This document shows positions 36,622 through 50,536 of a stretch of DNA of 64,000 nt, one piece after another. Location: contig OZ037773.1 of the NCBI GenBank assembly GCA_964035545.1, positions 3,377,751 to 3,441,750 on the forward strand. The letters run 5' to 3'. The position numbers and the translations under genes are program-made. This DNA is from Bugula neritina. Lineage: Eukaryota; Animalia; Bryozoa. The notes below the pieces were generated by a model. The model ran no database searches and was not told the DNA's origin. It saw only the letters and a program-made list of their open reading frames with translations. Every line of letters begins with the position of its first letter. Position 1 is the stretch's first letter.

Positions 36622-39600
36622 ATGGATAATCTAAGGTGTGTGAACTCAAAGAGAAACTCGTGGTTATTTGACGCTGAGCATGTTTGGACATCAACCACAA
36701 TGGATCAGGTAAAATACTCTACATAATAAAATATTGAGGCTGCTGCATGTAAAGGAGGTACTGCCAGCACTAAGTATAGCTATGATGTAATTTATAGATA
36801 GAAGTTGAGGAGAACGTGCAGGACATCTATGATGCCTTTCAGGAGAAACTGTTGACTGAACCAGCAGAAGGTGATCTACAGAGAATTCCAGAGTAAGAAT
36901 GATAAACGCTTATGTTTTTGGTGAAAAGTTGTTATCATGTTTTGAGTTGCTATAAATCAGGCTGTATTAGTTTGAATTCAAATAAGTTTAGGGTGTTAGT
37001 CGATACATGATATATTATGGGAGAGGTATAGGTTAGACAAGTGGACAACAGAACTGGCGTGCCATAGTAAGGGTACAGTAAAAGTCTTTGTGTATCTAAT
37101 ACTAAGAAATACTAGCTTTTGTTATATAATTTTTTTTGCATTTTTTTGCTCTACAAATTATATTTTATATACTCATTTTCATGTGAATGGAACATGTATT
37201 CTGTGAGTTGACCTCATATTGTGGGAATTAGGCTCTTTCTGAGTGTGAAGTTCATATTTATTTTAATGCCCAACTACAAAATCAAAACTGTCTTTTTTGT
37301 TTAGAGAGTTATTATTGAAAAGGAAAGCCTTGGAGAGTTTCCTAATGAAAGGTTCAACAAACCTGCCTGGAAGTTACTGCTGTCTAGACGCCAGTAGGCC
37401 GTGGCTATGTTACTGGATAGTTCACAGCTTAGAGCTGTTGGGTATAGAAGTCCCTGCTTCACTTGGTTCCAGGTTTGTGTCATCAACTCTATATTTAGTT
37501 TGAGCATCTCTATTTTTAGGCACTAATAACACCGGCTGTACATGTTCTAGCTCATGCTTAGAAGAGAAGCTAGTAAATTGAGTTTGCGAAAGTCTTTTAA
37601 TTTAAGCAGTCTGAAAAATAATTTGCTTCTATTTAAAATTTTCATGTTAATTTTCTGTTAAATAATATTATATCAATATGGAATACTTGCGAAATTATTC
37701 AGTATTTAAACTTTCTGTTTATTTATAGAATGGTGAAGTTTTTGGGTAAATGTCAATCAGAAACTGGGGGTTTTGGAGGTAGGTAGATTTCTTGTGTGTA
37801 CTCTTTATATTAAGCTGGTATAACTGTGACTGATAATGACTCATACTGTACCTGTATACATCATGAAGTGTTTTTCTAGGAGCATACAACTCCTAATTCC
37901 TCTCACACTGTAGGTGGTCCTATGCAACTGCCCCACTTGGCTCCAACATATGCTGCAATAAGCACTCTCTGTATTATTGGCACCGAAGAAGCTTATGCTG
38001 TTATAGACAGACACAAACTGTACGACTTCCTCTTACAAATGCACCAATCAGACGGCTCCTTTATTATGCATGAAGGAGGAGAAATAGATATTAGGTAATG
38101 TCTGATATAATATTTTATAATTTTTCCGGATTTTTCTTTCGGAAATTTTTGCTAATTATTTTTTTTTTTCTATATCTATATGGTTTTAAATTGTGTTGTA
38201 CAAGTAATTAGAGTTAGCAAACCTTTGATTGTCATTCCATCAGATAGTGTTTGATAGGTTGTTCAGTGTTTCAGTTATGACTCTATGATATCTATAGTTA
38301 GTAATATGTAAGCAAAACTTATACCGGGAGTTATCTTCTCTTTAGAGGGTGTTATTTAGCTGCAGACGTTGCCAGATTAGTCAATATAGTTTCAGAAAAA
38401 TTGTTTGAGAACACAGCTCAATGGATTGTACGGTGAGGTTTACTCAACATCAAAATGCATTTTGTATGATAATAGCATATGTCATATAATATAATATATT
38501 GAATATATAAACTTTATATAATTTCTATTGACATGTTTCAGTTTATAGTCGTTGCTAATATGATGGCTGTTGTTGAAGTTTTCCTTTTAAATGCTAATAA
38601 TAGACTGCGAAGACTAGGGATCTGCTATACCAATTTATTCAGCAAACTAAGTCTGGAATATCTAGTGCTTCTGTTTAAATCTGTGCCCGTAAAGTACTAC
38701 TATTGCGTGTGCTCAGGAATTTTGGATGAATGAATTTATTAGCATAATTTCTCTGACAGATGTCAAACATATGAGGGGGGCTTTGGAGGAGTTCCCGGCA
38801 TGGAGGCACATGGTGGTTATGCTTTTTGTGGGATTGCAGCTCTCACCTTACTGGGTCATGAGAGATTGTGCGATGTCGATGCTCTTCTGGTAAGTTACTG
38901 TGGTTATGTGGTATCAAACCTATCATGGGTTGTAATCACTTTATGACGTAATCTTGTTTTAATGTATATTTTGTTACTTTATAGCATATTTATACAATGT
39001 ATAGTAATTAAACCTCATATTTATGACTCTACTTTTTTGGAGTTGTCAGTTCATGTCTGGTGGTTTTAGCGCTGGACTGTAAATAGGCAGATGCAGTTTG
39101 AGGGTGGCTTTCAAGGACGTACCAACAAATTGGTGGACTCGTGTTACAGTTTCTGGCAATCAGCTATTATTCCGGTAATCTCATCAATGACTGAGTACAA
39201 CACACCGAAATCTCTCTTCCATAGCGGCGCACTGCAAGAGTACCTGCTTCTGTGTTGTCAACACCCTTATGGAGGCTTCATAGATAAACCTGACAAGTTA
39301 GTAGATGCCCAGTATTGGGGAAAATTTAACAAGCTGTGTATTACTACTCATTGCATAGTTTGATAATTTAGTTTTACTTTTCACCTATTTATTTAACAAG
39401 TTAAAGGAAACTCAACAGTTTCAATAAGGAATTGTTTCCTCTTACTGCGGGAATCTAAGTTAGTCATAAGTAAAAACAGCGGAAACAACTTTCAATAGAC
39501 TATTTAATTGCTTTAATAGTTTTAAAAATTTTATTAAATTGAAATTTTTATTGACAGATCTTCTCACTACAATAACTTCACAATATATTACACATATATT

Positions 39601-40317
39601 ATAGAGCAATGCCGATAGGTTTGCTACTGTATGTAGACATAGAGACTATTATAGAGCAATGCTGATAGGTTTGCTACTGTATGTAGACATAGAGACTATT
39701 ATAGAGCAATGCTGATAGGTTTGCTACTGTATATAGACATAGAGACTATTATAGAGCAATGCTGATAGGTTTGTTACTGTGTGTAGACATAGAGACTATT
39801 ATAGAGCAATGCTGATAGGTTTGTTACTGTGTGTAGACATAGAGACTATTATAGAGAAATGCTGATAGGTTTGCTATTGTGTGTAGACATAGAGACTATT
39901 ACCACACATGCTATTCGTTGAGTGGACTTTCTATCAGTCAGAACTTCACCGGTTCCTCTGCCACTAAGCCTCATGTCATCGGAAAGTCTGACAACCTCAT
40001 GGTTAGTGCCCAGCATATAACCTTCTATTACTAATAGATGCACTGTGATATGGTACTCATTCTGTATTAACTGTTGTGTTCCCGTATTGGCCTGCTGTGT
40101 ATGCGGGTGTGTATATCTATATATGTATATGGTCTAGCTAGGACTTAACTTTGAATACAACTTACGTTTTAATTCACCAGTCTGGATTAATATTAGAAGT
40201 TATCCTGTACTAATTTCTATGTTGTAGATTCCCGTCCACCCAGTCTACAACTTGGGTATTAAATCAGCAATTCGGGCCACTGATTATTTTCAGAAGTTGC
40301 CTTCAGTTAAGACATGA
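36622..40317 (+). CDS. FNTB: Protein farnesyltransferase subunit beta, ~10 coding exons
   Basis: CLDASRPWLCYWIVHSLELL, GGFGGGPMQLPHLAPTYAA, HEGGEIDIR, CQTYEGGFGGVPGMEAHGGYAFCG, RQMQFEGGFQGRTNKLVDSCYSFWQ, GGFIDKPDKHRDYYHTCYSLSGLS, HPVYNL. Confidence 0.97.
39597..39902 (+). repeat. Splice-acceptor minisatellite, 50-bp unit x6, overlapping the start of the FNTB exon at 39887
   Basis: Unit atagagcaatgctgataggtttgctactgtatgtag|acatagagactatt; the last copy continues ACCACACATGC. Confidence 0.95.
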
Positions 40318-41458
40318 GGCCGTTATAATGATGTTGTTTGTTATCTGTAAAACATGTACTCTACTCGTACTTGTTGCTTTGTGTCAACGGCTTACAACAG
40401 TTTAAATATCTATATCTTCTGTCCTACTACGATTTATTCTAAAATATTCACTAGTTAAATGACCACCCAGAACCACGGATTTTGTTTTAAGAAAAGTTTT
40501 TTAGGCAGCTGTAATCAAATTTTATCAAAGTTTTTTACTTCCAAGTTTTACAATGAACTTTGGCTGTGTGTTGACTAACCTCATTACAGCCACCACGAGA
40601 AAGGCTATTATCTAATATGATTACATTATTTTCCTAGTCAAACTACCAACTGGCAACCATGTTTAAATTGGTCAATGTTTTACTGAATTGATGTCCACAA
40701 ATTAGCACTCAAGTATGCAGTGCATTTTATATTGATTGTTATTTGTGCAGAATAAAATGTCATAAAAGTTGAAGATTTCTAGTTTTGGATATAAAAATAA
40801 TTCCAGTTTGAAACTAGCTTCTAATTACAACTATGAATATATCCCACAATGCAGGAGGAAACAACACACAAAAGGATTTCATAAGGTGCAGTAATTTGTT
40901 CAACTGGCATTTTCCCTATTATAACATGAGGGGTACTTTTCTGATGCACATGCCTTAGTCATTCATTAATTTTTAACTTGAGGTAACCGAATATCTTGTA
41001 GAATGAATAGTATTATACAGCGAGTAGAAAACTCCTAATGATTCTAGTTAATCATGACTAAGCTGATGGAAGTGTGAAAGACTTTATTATCAAATTATAG
41101 AACTAGTGAAAACTGGCAAATATTGCTATATTAGACTGCATTGTAGCCCATAATTTTATCACTAAGTTCAAAATGGCGATACAATACACACATTTCTTAG
41201 GAGGTGGTCACAGCTAAACGTGATTGCCACTAATTATTATTACTGTAAACTAAATGATCATAATAGAGGTAATTCATGTACAATAGTATTGATAGATTTA
41301 TAAGGTACTGGTTGCACTTCTAGTGGCTAAATAGCATAATTCTACTGCTTCTGCTTGTACATGAAAATGCATTGAATTAGTCAATAAAAACATGTGCTGT
41401 ATAATAGTATGGAAGATTAGAATGCAGGTAAACACTACATGGTACAAAATAAGGCAGT

Positions 41459-44400
41459 CTATTGTGTGCGGATAGTCATGGTCCAATCATCAGACATATT
41501 TACAGCAGGTTTACGCACAGTTAGTATTTGCATTCCCTCTTCATATTTAAAACTTAGCTCTTTATCCACTCCTGTAAAATAGAAGGCATAAACATATGAC
41601 TGGCAAGATGAGGGGGGACAACTTCAAGTGACCTTGAACAAAATTGCATACATGTCTGAAAAAATACCTGACCGGTCTTGGCCCAGGTTTTTATTTTAGT
41701 GACATAATCATAAAGCTAATCATCCAATCAGTAATCTGTATATCAAAGTACAATGTTACTAGGAAGAGAGAAATAGGTAAGTAAATCAAGCATTGCATGA
41801 ACATACCCTTAGAGCTCAGAGTGACTTTCGTTGGTTTGCTGGAATACCCAACAATCTTCACTGACTCCAATATTGATTTAGTTCTAAATGTGGTTGAATC
41901 TATTGCACTACAAAGAAACCAACACAACATATAATTCAACAATGCAAAGGGTTAGAAAACATCTCCATTGTTGAAATAGTTTATATCATCTAAAGTCTAA
42001 ACAATCACATAGGCTCAAGGAATTTCCTGTTAAACATTGTCAAATTAACTGCTGAAAACCACAACATTGTCAACTTGACTCCTGAAAACCACAACATTTT
42101 AGATTGACAAGTGTATCATCACTAGCTAGTGAAACTTTCTAACAGAATTCAGTAACCAACCGGATAAAGCCTTTCAACAGCTGCACACCCAAGAAATGTA
42201 TTACTATGCTGTCTACTACCCTGGGAAAAGGTAAGTGAAGATTTGCACGTACCTGCTAGTAAGGACACTGTTAGTGAAAGAAAACTTTCTATAGAGGTAG
42301 TGACCTTGTCGGTATTGGAATGATTTATAATCGTCTATATATAACTGGCCCTCGGCTGCACCCTACACAATAGCAAACAGATTATTACAAGCTGTACTCT
42401 CTGAAGAGCTTGGAGTTACCCTCCCTCCAACAGTGAAACTACCTAATGATAATCAAAGTTTCACTGGCTGTAGCAAGTGTTAGTTTGCATAGCAACCTCG
42501 AGTAAAGACTATATGCTAAAAAGGTAACGTTAAACACAGGATATTGAATAAGATAGTGTATATTAGACGTAATTCATACATACTCTGCCATTTGCAATAC
42601 TCAGGATTCAAATTAGCAAGTGCTAGTAAGTATAATTGTCAATATGTATACTTGAAAAATCAAAGACATATTACGTTATTGATGGCAATGTCCATGTATG
42701 ACGCTACTTGATATAGTAAAAATAGTACTCCATTTACTGTAGAAATTTTACCCACAGATTTAACAACGCTAGAAAGGCATTTTTTAGCCCTGGAACTACG
42801 GCCTTACCTTGGAGTCTAAGGCTACAATTAAAGTATAAGGATCATCAGTCATCTGGGTGGTAGATCGCCTCACCCTGTCCTTGCGGGGTACAATATAGCC
42901 CCCTCGATAGAAGTGTGGCACACTGGCTAAGGTTACTGGCAAATAAGCCTGCAAAACAAAAAGATAGAGAATATTAGCAATACATGCTGCGGCCATTTGC
43001 TGTTTTGACCAATTGCATCTATGTGCGAAGAGAAAAATACATCCAATCAGAATCAACTAAAATATGGTCCTTCACAGAAATGGAATTAAATAGGATACAG
43101 CAGATTATAGTCTAGGAGTATTGAGCTAATCTAACAAGCAAGAAGTATATAAAATATTCCTGGCGCAAAGTGCTGACTCACCTTGCTGCCTCCTGGAATC
43201 CTCCTAAAGTCGTCAGCGGAGTACCAGACGTCGTAGCCGTCTCCGGCGAAGTTGACGTTGACACCAGTAGCACCTTCCTCCGTCACAGTTCTGACTAGTA
43301 TAGCAGGACCTGCAGTAGTCAGTATGTACACTTATACCATTAAGTAAGTCATAGTTGAAACTTAGGGCTTATACCAACTCTAAGCTTATGCTTGAAACAG
43401 GAATAGAATTGCTTTAACGCTGAGTGTCTATTCTATAGCTACTAAGCTGTACAAGTCAATGGATATACTAGAATACGCTCAAGGAATATTCATACCCAAC
43501 ATGAACTGCTCGTCCTCAGCAAATCCGTTAGGGTCTTTAGGGAACTCCACCCACATGGGGCGGGCTGGAGGTATGCCTTCCTTCTCGTTCACATAGAATA
43601 GGGTGTACCAATACGGCAATAATTGATATCTACAGAAAATAGGAAAACACTGATATCCAGAGAAAGAAAGGAACAATTAATGCAGAAACTATATGCAGAA
43701 AGCAGACAACAACTGATATCTACAGAAAATAGTCAACAGAAAGTATTCAACAGGAATTAGTGAACAGGAAGTATTCAACAGGAAGTAGTCAACAGAAAGT
43801 ATTCATCAGGAAGTAGCCAACAGAAAGCATTCAACAGGAAGTTGTCAACAGGAAGTAGTCAACAGAAAGTATTCAACAGGAAGTGGGCAGTAACTAATGT
43901 CAACAAAACATGTGGTAATATCTCAAGAACATATGAAACTTGTAACCTATTTCTATAAAAGCAACAGCTGATACTTTGAAATAAACAAAATATGACACCA
44001 TGGACAAAGTTGAAAAGCTAAAAATCAAAGCAGAATCCTATAGAGCATTAGGTATGCTATAAGGAATCTGTGTAAAGCATACGGCACCTGGTTATGATGG
44101 CATCTCTGATGATATTTCTGTTTTCCTCTGGCAATAACCAGGGTTCTCTTCTCCGTGTGTCTAAGTGAGAGTGGGCGCGATAGAATGGGGTAAAAGCGGC
44201 AGTCTACAAAGAGAGGCCAGCAACTAAGGCTATTCTACTCTACAGTTGATCTCCAGAAGACACAACAAGGCAGGATCTATAGCCTACAGTTTACCACCAC
44301 CAAGCAGAATAACCAAGTGCTGATAACTCCAGTAGCATATAACTAGTAGTATATAACTAGTAGCTTGTATATAACTAGTAGCTTGTATATAACTAGTAGC

Positions 44401-47400
44401 TTGTATATAACTATTAGTTAGTATATAACTATTAGCTAGTATATAACTATTAGCTAGTATATAACTAGTAGTCAGTAGTATAGTATATAGACAGTTACCT
44501 GGTACCAACGAGTGACCAGCTCAGCACTGGGGTTCCGGAAGAACCCGCCAACATCGGCTCCAGTGAAGGTGATACCTACAGAGTAAAGACAATTCAGCTG
44601 ACATGTCACAGTATAGAGAATCTGACTGAAATATCGTTCACAGAAAACTTGCAATATGTAAATTTCAGCAGCCAAACTCTGAAACACACACATATTAGGT
44701 TCTGGTTTTTCAAATTCAGTGACACAACACAGGAAATGTTATCTTTGGATTGTAGGCAAAATATTCTATCTCCTGCATACTTGTGGTAAAGGAACCATTT
44801 ACCTGTAACAGACTGAGAGAGAATCATAGGAATGGATATCTTGAGGTGGCTCCACTCCCCCATGTTGTCGCCTGTCCACACAGCGCCGTGTCTCTGTGAG
44901 CCGGCATAGAAAGCTCTGGACAGGACGAAGGGTCGTAGTGAACCCCCAGATCTCTGCACCAAACCCTCAGATGTGGCTTGTTGCTGTCGAAAATGACGAA
45001 ACAAGTTGAGAAAACTCATCCAAATAAAACAAACATTGACATTTGATGCAATCCAATGCTCTGTATTTGTTTCATCAGAATGGCTGTTTGCTCAAATTTT
45101 ATATGTTTTATTTCAAAATATGAGACTCAAGGAAAGAAGCTGACAGCAAGAAACACACTACACGCACCACATAGAAGCCGTAGAGGTTGTGAACATCTCT
45201 GTGCTCCCAGCCGTCCGCGTGCACCGCATCTTTATGCATCGTAATCTCCGGGCCGTTGAATACACTCGGCTCGTTCATGTCGTTCCAAGTGTAAACATCC
45301 TCGCTGGTGCCTTTGTAGTCCTCGTAGTTGAACTTAGATGCCCACCAGCTTCTCATGTCAGCTCTGGTAAAGTCAGGGTACGAGGAGGACCCTGTAATGG
45401 ACAACGACTCATTAGTAAGAACTCAAGCTAATCTAGATGACTCTTACGTGCAAGTAGTAGGAGAGAAAAAACAACCCTCGCAAAGTGCTTTCTCTAAAAA
45501 AGGATAAATTTTTAAAGTGGAGCCCCTGTACTCTATCCGCAGAGTACACACGTTTGTAAAGATAAGCAAACACCCCCCAAAGGAGCAAGAGTGGCATATG
45601 TCTGAATGTTTATGGTCCATTATAATATTTCGTAACTTATTCATCACACCTGATGGGAGAAGAGTGTTGGAGGTGATGGAGCTGTGAAAACTATTGCAGC
45701 GCTATAAATATAGGTCTTACAGCCACAGCCAATAGGAACTACCAACACATGCAGCTGCCTTTACAGCACCCGACACCACAACACCGACAGCGCGGCAGCA
45801 TAGAATGATCACCTACCGGGCCAGCACCAGCCGTCAAACTCTTTCCCGTCTCTCTTGACAAACAAGTCCCTGTCCTTCAGCTCCTTGTATATGTGGTAGT
45901 TGTCATCTCTCTTGATATGGGGGTCAACAATAGTCACCAACTTCCTGCCAGTTGACTTGAGTTTAGCCACCATGTCGTGGGGAGTAGGAAACTTGCCCCC
46001 GTCCCACGTGAAGTACCTGTTTCAACATGTCAACAGTCTGCTGATGGTATATAAGCAGAAGGTACAACTTTAAGCTTTTAACTGAATGCTGGAGGTTGCA
46101 TGTCATTAAGCACTTCTTTGCATTCAGATCAGCAGACTTACTGATTTGAACCAACATGGTGTTTTGCACGTGAATCGTAGAAAGACCAAATTGTTAAAAA
46201 TTGAAGAATTATTTTTATTTTACAGAAATTTCCTCCATTCAGCATTATGCATGCATTTCTTTTATTCACGTATTTTCAACTTCAAATTTCTTGAAGACCA
46301 TCAAATCTAGAAAGCAGTTTCATATAACAACGATTCTTGTAATACTTGAAGAGTCACAAACCGTTTCCCATCAGTGTGCTCGATGTCTAACCACACAACA
46401 TCCAGAGGAATGTCATGGAGCTCGTAGTTGTCATGGATCTGCTTCACGTCTGCCTCGTCATTGTAGTTCCACCTGCTTTGGTGGTAGCCGAGAGAGAAGA
46501 TCTACAGAAAGAGAGAAGATCTACAGGATAAGAGAAGATCTAGAGAAAAAGAACATCAATAGAAAGAGAATATATACATAGAGATGGTGTCTGCAAAGAA
46601 AACTAATGGTAAGAGTACTACAACCAAGGAGCCCTTAACGCAATAGAAATAAATACACTATCCGTAGAAAAAGCTTTTGGGAGAAACAAACTAAAGAAAT
46701 ATTATAATAAACGAACTTACGGGAGGCAAGTTGGTGGTGCCCGTCAAACTAGCGTACTGCTTGAAGAGATCAATAGGGGAAGGTCCCATCATAACGTAGA
46801 GATCGATGACACCGGATTCAGCTACCCACCTCGTATCCATCTGCAAATGAATGTAAAGGTAAAGCTAATGGCAGCAGCTGTAATAGTAACAATGATAGTA
46901 GTAGCAGCAGCAGCAGCTGTAGTAGTAGTAGTGGTAGTAGTAGTAGTAGTGTTAGTGGTAGTAGTAGTACTAGTATTAGTACTAGTAGTAGTAGTAGTAC
47001 TAGTAGCAGTATTAGGAGTGGTACACAGTACCTGAGGAACAGTGTTATCTTGAGTCACAAAGTCTACCAGTTTTCCCAGAGTAGACCTGTCTGCTTTACT
47101 AGATCTGACGTCTACCCACATCTCACTAGGATTATTCCAGAACACACCTGTAACGCGTGACATGATGTGTAAACAACAATCAACTTGTAGTATACCGTAT
47201 ATAGACATGTATCCCTGTATACGCACGCATAGACAGTGTACACTATGGGTACGTGTGTGGAATATACATATTAGTAGAAATTGGGTCAAATACTAATTCA
47301 GGGAAAAGCGATGCAAGGGAAATGGTGATTGGCTGATTGACCAATGCTCATGTGTTAATTATAAGCCCAACTTACTACACTGTAGGTACACACACACGCG

Positions 47401-50400
47401 CACGCACACACACACACTAGTATCACATAAACTAGTTAACAAGACGAGATGCATTGTGAACTAACCAATGGTGCGAGCTGCGTTGTGGGCCAACATAACT
47501 GGGACTGAGCCGTACAGCGCCATTCCATTATCTAACTCGTACTCAAACACATCCAGATTGTACAGTCTGTATGGATCACGGTCTCTGCAACACAATGCCA
47601 ACAGTGAACACACTGTACTAAGGTCAAGGTGAGATTGGTGACCTTGTGTAGAGGTTGCATAAGGAGCATAGAGTGAACACACTATATGCCAGCTGTTGTC
47701 AAGCGAGCAAAGTAATTGATAAACAGACACAGAGAGTTGTGCGCTCAACAGCGCTGAACAACAAAACACTTACACAGTGGATCGCAGAGCGAAAGAATCC
47801 CCGTGTTCTGGGATGCCATAGACATGCTCAAACCCGGTAAACGTGATGTCAACTCCAATAGAGGTGGGACCTGCAGTATACAAAATACAGCTTTCAATGA
47901 ACAAAAGTTTCTCTGTGTGAGTAACTAATAGCGAGCGAGTAACTAACAGTGAGTGAGCGTTGATTCATATAACAGTTCAAGTAAGTTTGTTATGGGGAGG
48001 TGAGGTGGAATTATAAATGCAAACCATCACCTTGAAAAGTTACAAGAATAACCTTAAGAACTTACCATTAGGCTTTGCGTCGTTGTGGGACTTGTATTTC
48101 TCCTCCCACATTGCATGCTCCTCCTGTAAACAACCAACTGTGGTTAATAAAGATACAGCAACGTGCAGACGAACGTAACACAGACACATAAAACTAGGTC
48201 ACACTCACTTCCTCTTCTGGCTTAGCCTCTTCTTCCTGCCCTGACTCTGCATCTGCTGGCGGTGGCTCCTCCCCTTCTGGTTTCTCTCCATCCTCGCTGT
48301 CGGCTGGTGGTTCAGGCTCGCTCTTGGACTCTCTGAAAGGGGAAGTAATCCAACTGAAAACTCTACTAGCTAAGCCAGAGGTAGCTTGTACAGTAGATGA
48401 AAGCATACCCCTACAACATCAGCCCTATCACCTGTTACCAACAAATACCACAAGTCAGAGTGCCAGAAACTAGTTTATCACAACGAGCTGCGAGCTATAT
48501 TGCTAAGTATAGCAGAATCTGTGAGTATTAATTAACTTTCGGAGAAAATCAGCCTTCAGCTAATTTGTACAGATCATCATTTCACCAGTTACATAGTAAA
48601 TAGTAGCTTTCCTTGTTGCTCTCGCCAATGTTGAAACAGAGGTGTCGAGCAGGACAACCAACAATCTAAATCAATCCTCCACTAACTGTAGCTGTCTACA
48701 CAAGAAGAGCAAACGACATGCTCTGTGTACAGTGAGCAGACCAGACACAACAATCTTAATGACACACAGGTCCCACACCTTGAGAGATCATGCAGAGGCA
48801 GCTGAATGCAAGCAGATTGCAGAGTAGAACTAGAGTTAACACAAGCAAAGCACCGTCACCCAATCAGGACGTGACAGTGAAATGTGAGCTCAGCATATGG
48901 TCTATTCTACTTGCCTCTGATGAAAGTACTGCGAGTTTAGTGAAATATCATGCGAAACAGGCTAATGGTACATCAAATTATATTTAATTTGCCTCAGGAA
49001 AATCACTTACTCATAATTTTTTTCACAAATATAAAATAATTTCGATTTTCGAGAAAAATACTAGAAACTGTCATCACTATAGTCATGCAACTTAAGATGT
49101 CAATAATTTAGCAAGGAAAAAAGCACCAGAAAGACAAAATGTGGAAGAAGTTTCATTACCACGCAATACTTGAACATTTCAATTATGTAATATTTAGATT
49201 TATTTTCCAATAACAATTACAGCAAGAAGCTTTTAATGGGAGCATTGCAACTCGAAAGGAAAAATTCACATAAAATGCTGTATACCAGGCAGGATCGGGT
49301 ACAGAGTAATAGAGACTAAGAAACCCCACTACCCTCCTAAATACATACAAGCAGTGAGCTGCAGGCCGCTAGAAGCTATTGTATGTCTATACAATACTCA
49401 CGGCTTCAATCGAAGATGTTCAAACTTCATGAGTCCCCGAGAGTTGAGCTGCAGCACAGTCGTATCTCCAGATAACACCTCGACTAGAAAAGGAGACGTA
49501 GCTTTCACAGTGGTCTCCGTGTTGGGCAGGGAGAGAGTGAACGCCTCGGAGCTCTGAGATGCTACTGAGAACCTGCAACAGTATCAACAGTATCAGCATC
49601 AGTGTGTGCTGCAACAATAGCGGCAGCATCAGTGTCTGCTGCTGTTACTAAGTGCACTGCTGACTCTAGCATACTTACTTTGAAATTTTAGATTGCAGCT
49701 GATGTTCCAAGACGACGTCCCCTGGGGGCACTTCATATCTTGGTTTGATAGGTGACTTCTCATTCATGTGTACCCTAACAATACCATTGCTATAGCCCGT
49801 TAGCTTCACCACAAACACTGCAACAAATAAACAGGTGAGTTAATCCTTCACATTGGCCAATAAATTGCCGAGACTGAAAAGTCACAACATAGTGTCTACA
49901 GAGAAAATGCTTCTTGAATTACATTTTAAACAGGAAATAATATTCAAATTATGAACAAACTTTATGCAAGAGAATAGAGGTAGAGTAAGTTTTACATAAA
50001 TTGTGTAAAGCTATACAGAATGCTTTAAAGAGTCTGCTAAAACTAGTCAAATGATCACACAATGAAATAGAACATTGCAAGAATTTGGAGGAAGGTCACT
50101 AGTCGTTCTCAACTTGCGACAGCTAAAATAACTATTCGGTACTCACAGATGTCATATTTGGTGTTCTTAACGTCAAACTGTGCGCTCTCAGATGATACTA
50201 CTAGACTGTCTGCCACCAGGTGGTAGTGTGGAGTTGCTGGAGCAGTATAGGCTCTCTGCCTCCTGCACAGCACACATATCATATATATGCTAATAATATA
50301 ACTCATAGCTTATAACAGTCATCAAAACTCAATGTTTCAATGAAAGTCAATTTACTAGTGCCTTAAACAGAGTGTTGATTATCTCTAAAGTAATTTCATT

Positions 50401-50536
50401 TTTTTACTCTGCAGTGAATAAAATTGTTATCTTACTTGCAGAATCCACTTTCATCACAAGTCTTGAAGTTATTTCTATCTACTGCTAGAGCAGAGTTTAT
50501 AAACAACAACACGAAGAGTACTGCACAAACTTTCAT
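41459..50536 (-). CDS. GANAB: Neutral alpha-glucosidase AB (glucosidase II alpha, GH31), multi-exon
   Basis: Signal peptide then [19 protein letters not shown]; [26 protein letters not shown]; [10 protein letters not shown]; catalytic [17 protein letters not shown]; [24 protein letters not shown]; [11 protein letters not shown]; C-terminal [21 protein letters not shown]. Confidence 0.97.
43730..43885. repeat. Degenerate ~14/28-bp tandem repeat in a GANAB intron
   Basis: Repeated agtattcaacaggaagtagtcaacagaa. Confidence 0.8.
44336..44480. repeat. 18-bp-unit minisatellite starting ~15-20 nt into a GANAB intron after the donor at ~44498
   Basis: Repeated atataactagtagcttgt / atataactattagctagt. 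Confidence 0.85.
46895..47015. repeat. (GTA)n/(GCA)n microsatellite in a GANAB intron
   Basis: Long gtagtagta run. Confidence 0.9.

Noticed and set aside
46822-47289. ORFs with poly-Thr or poly-Val
   Set aside because: Translation of an intronic (GTA)n microsatellite joined to a GANAB exon.
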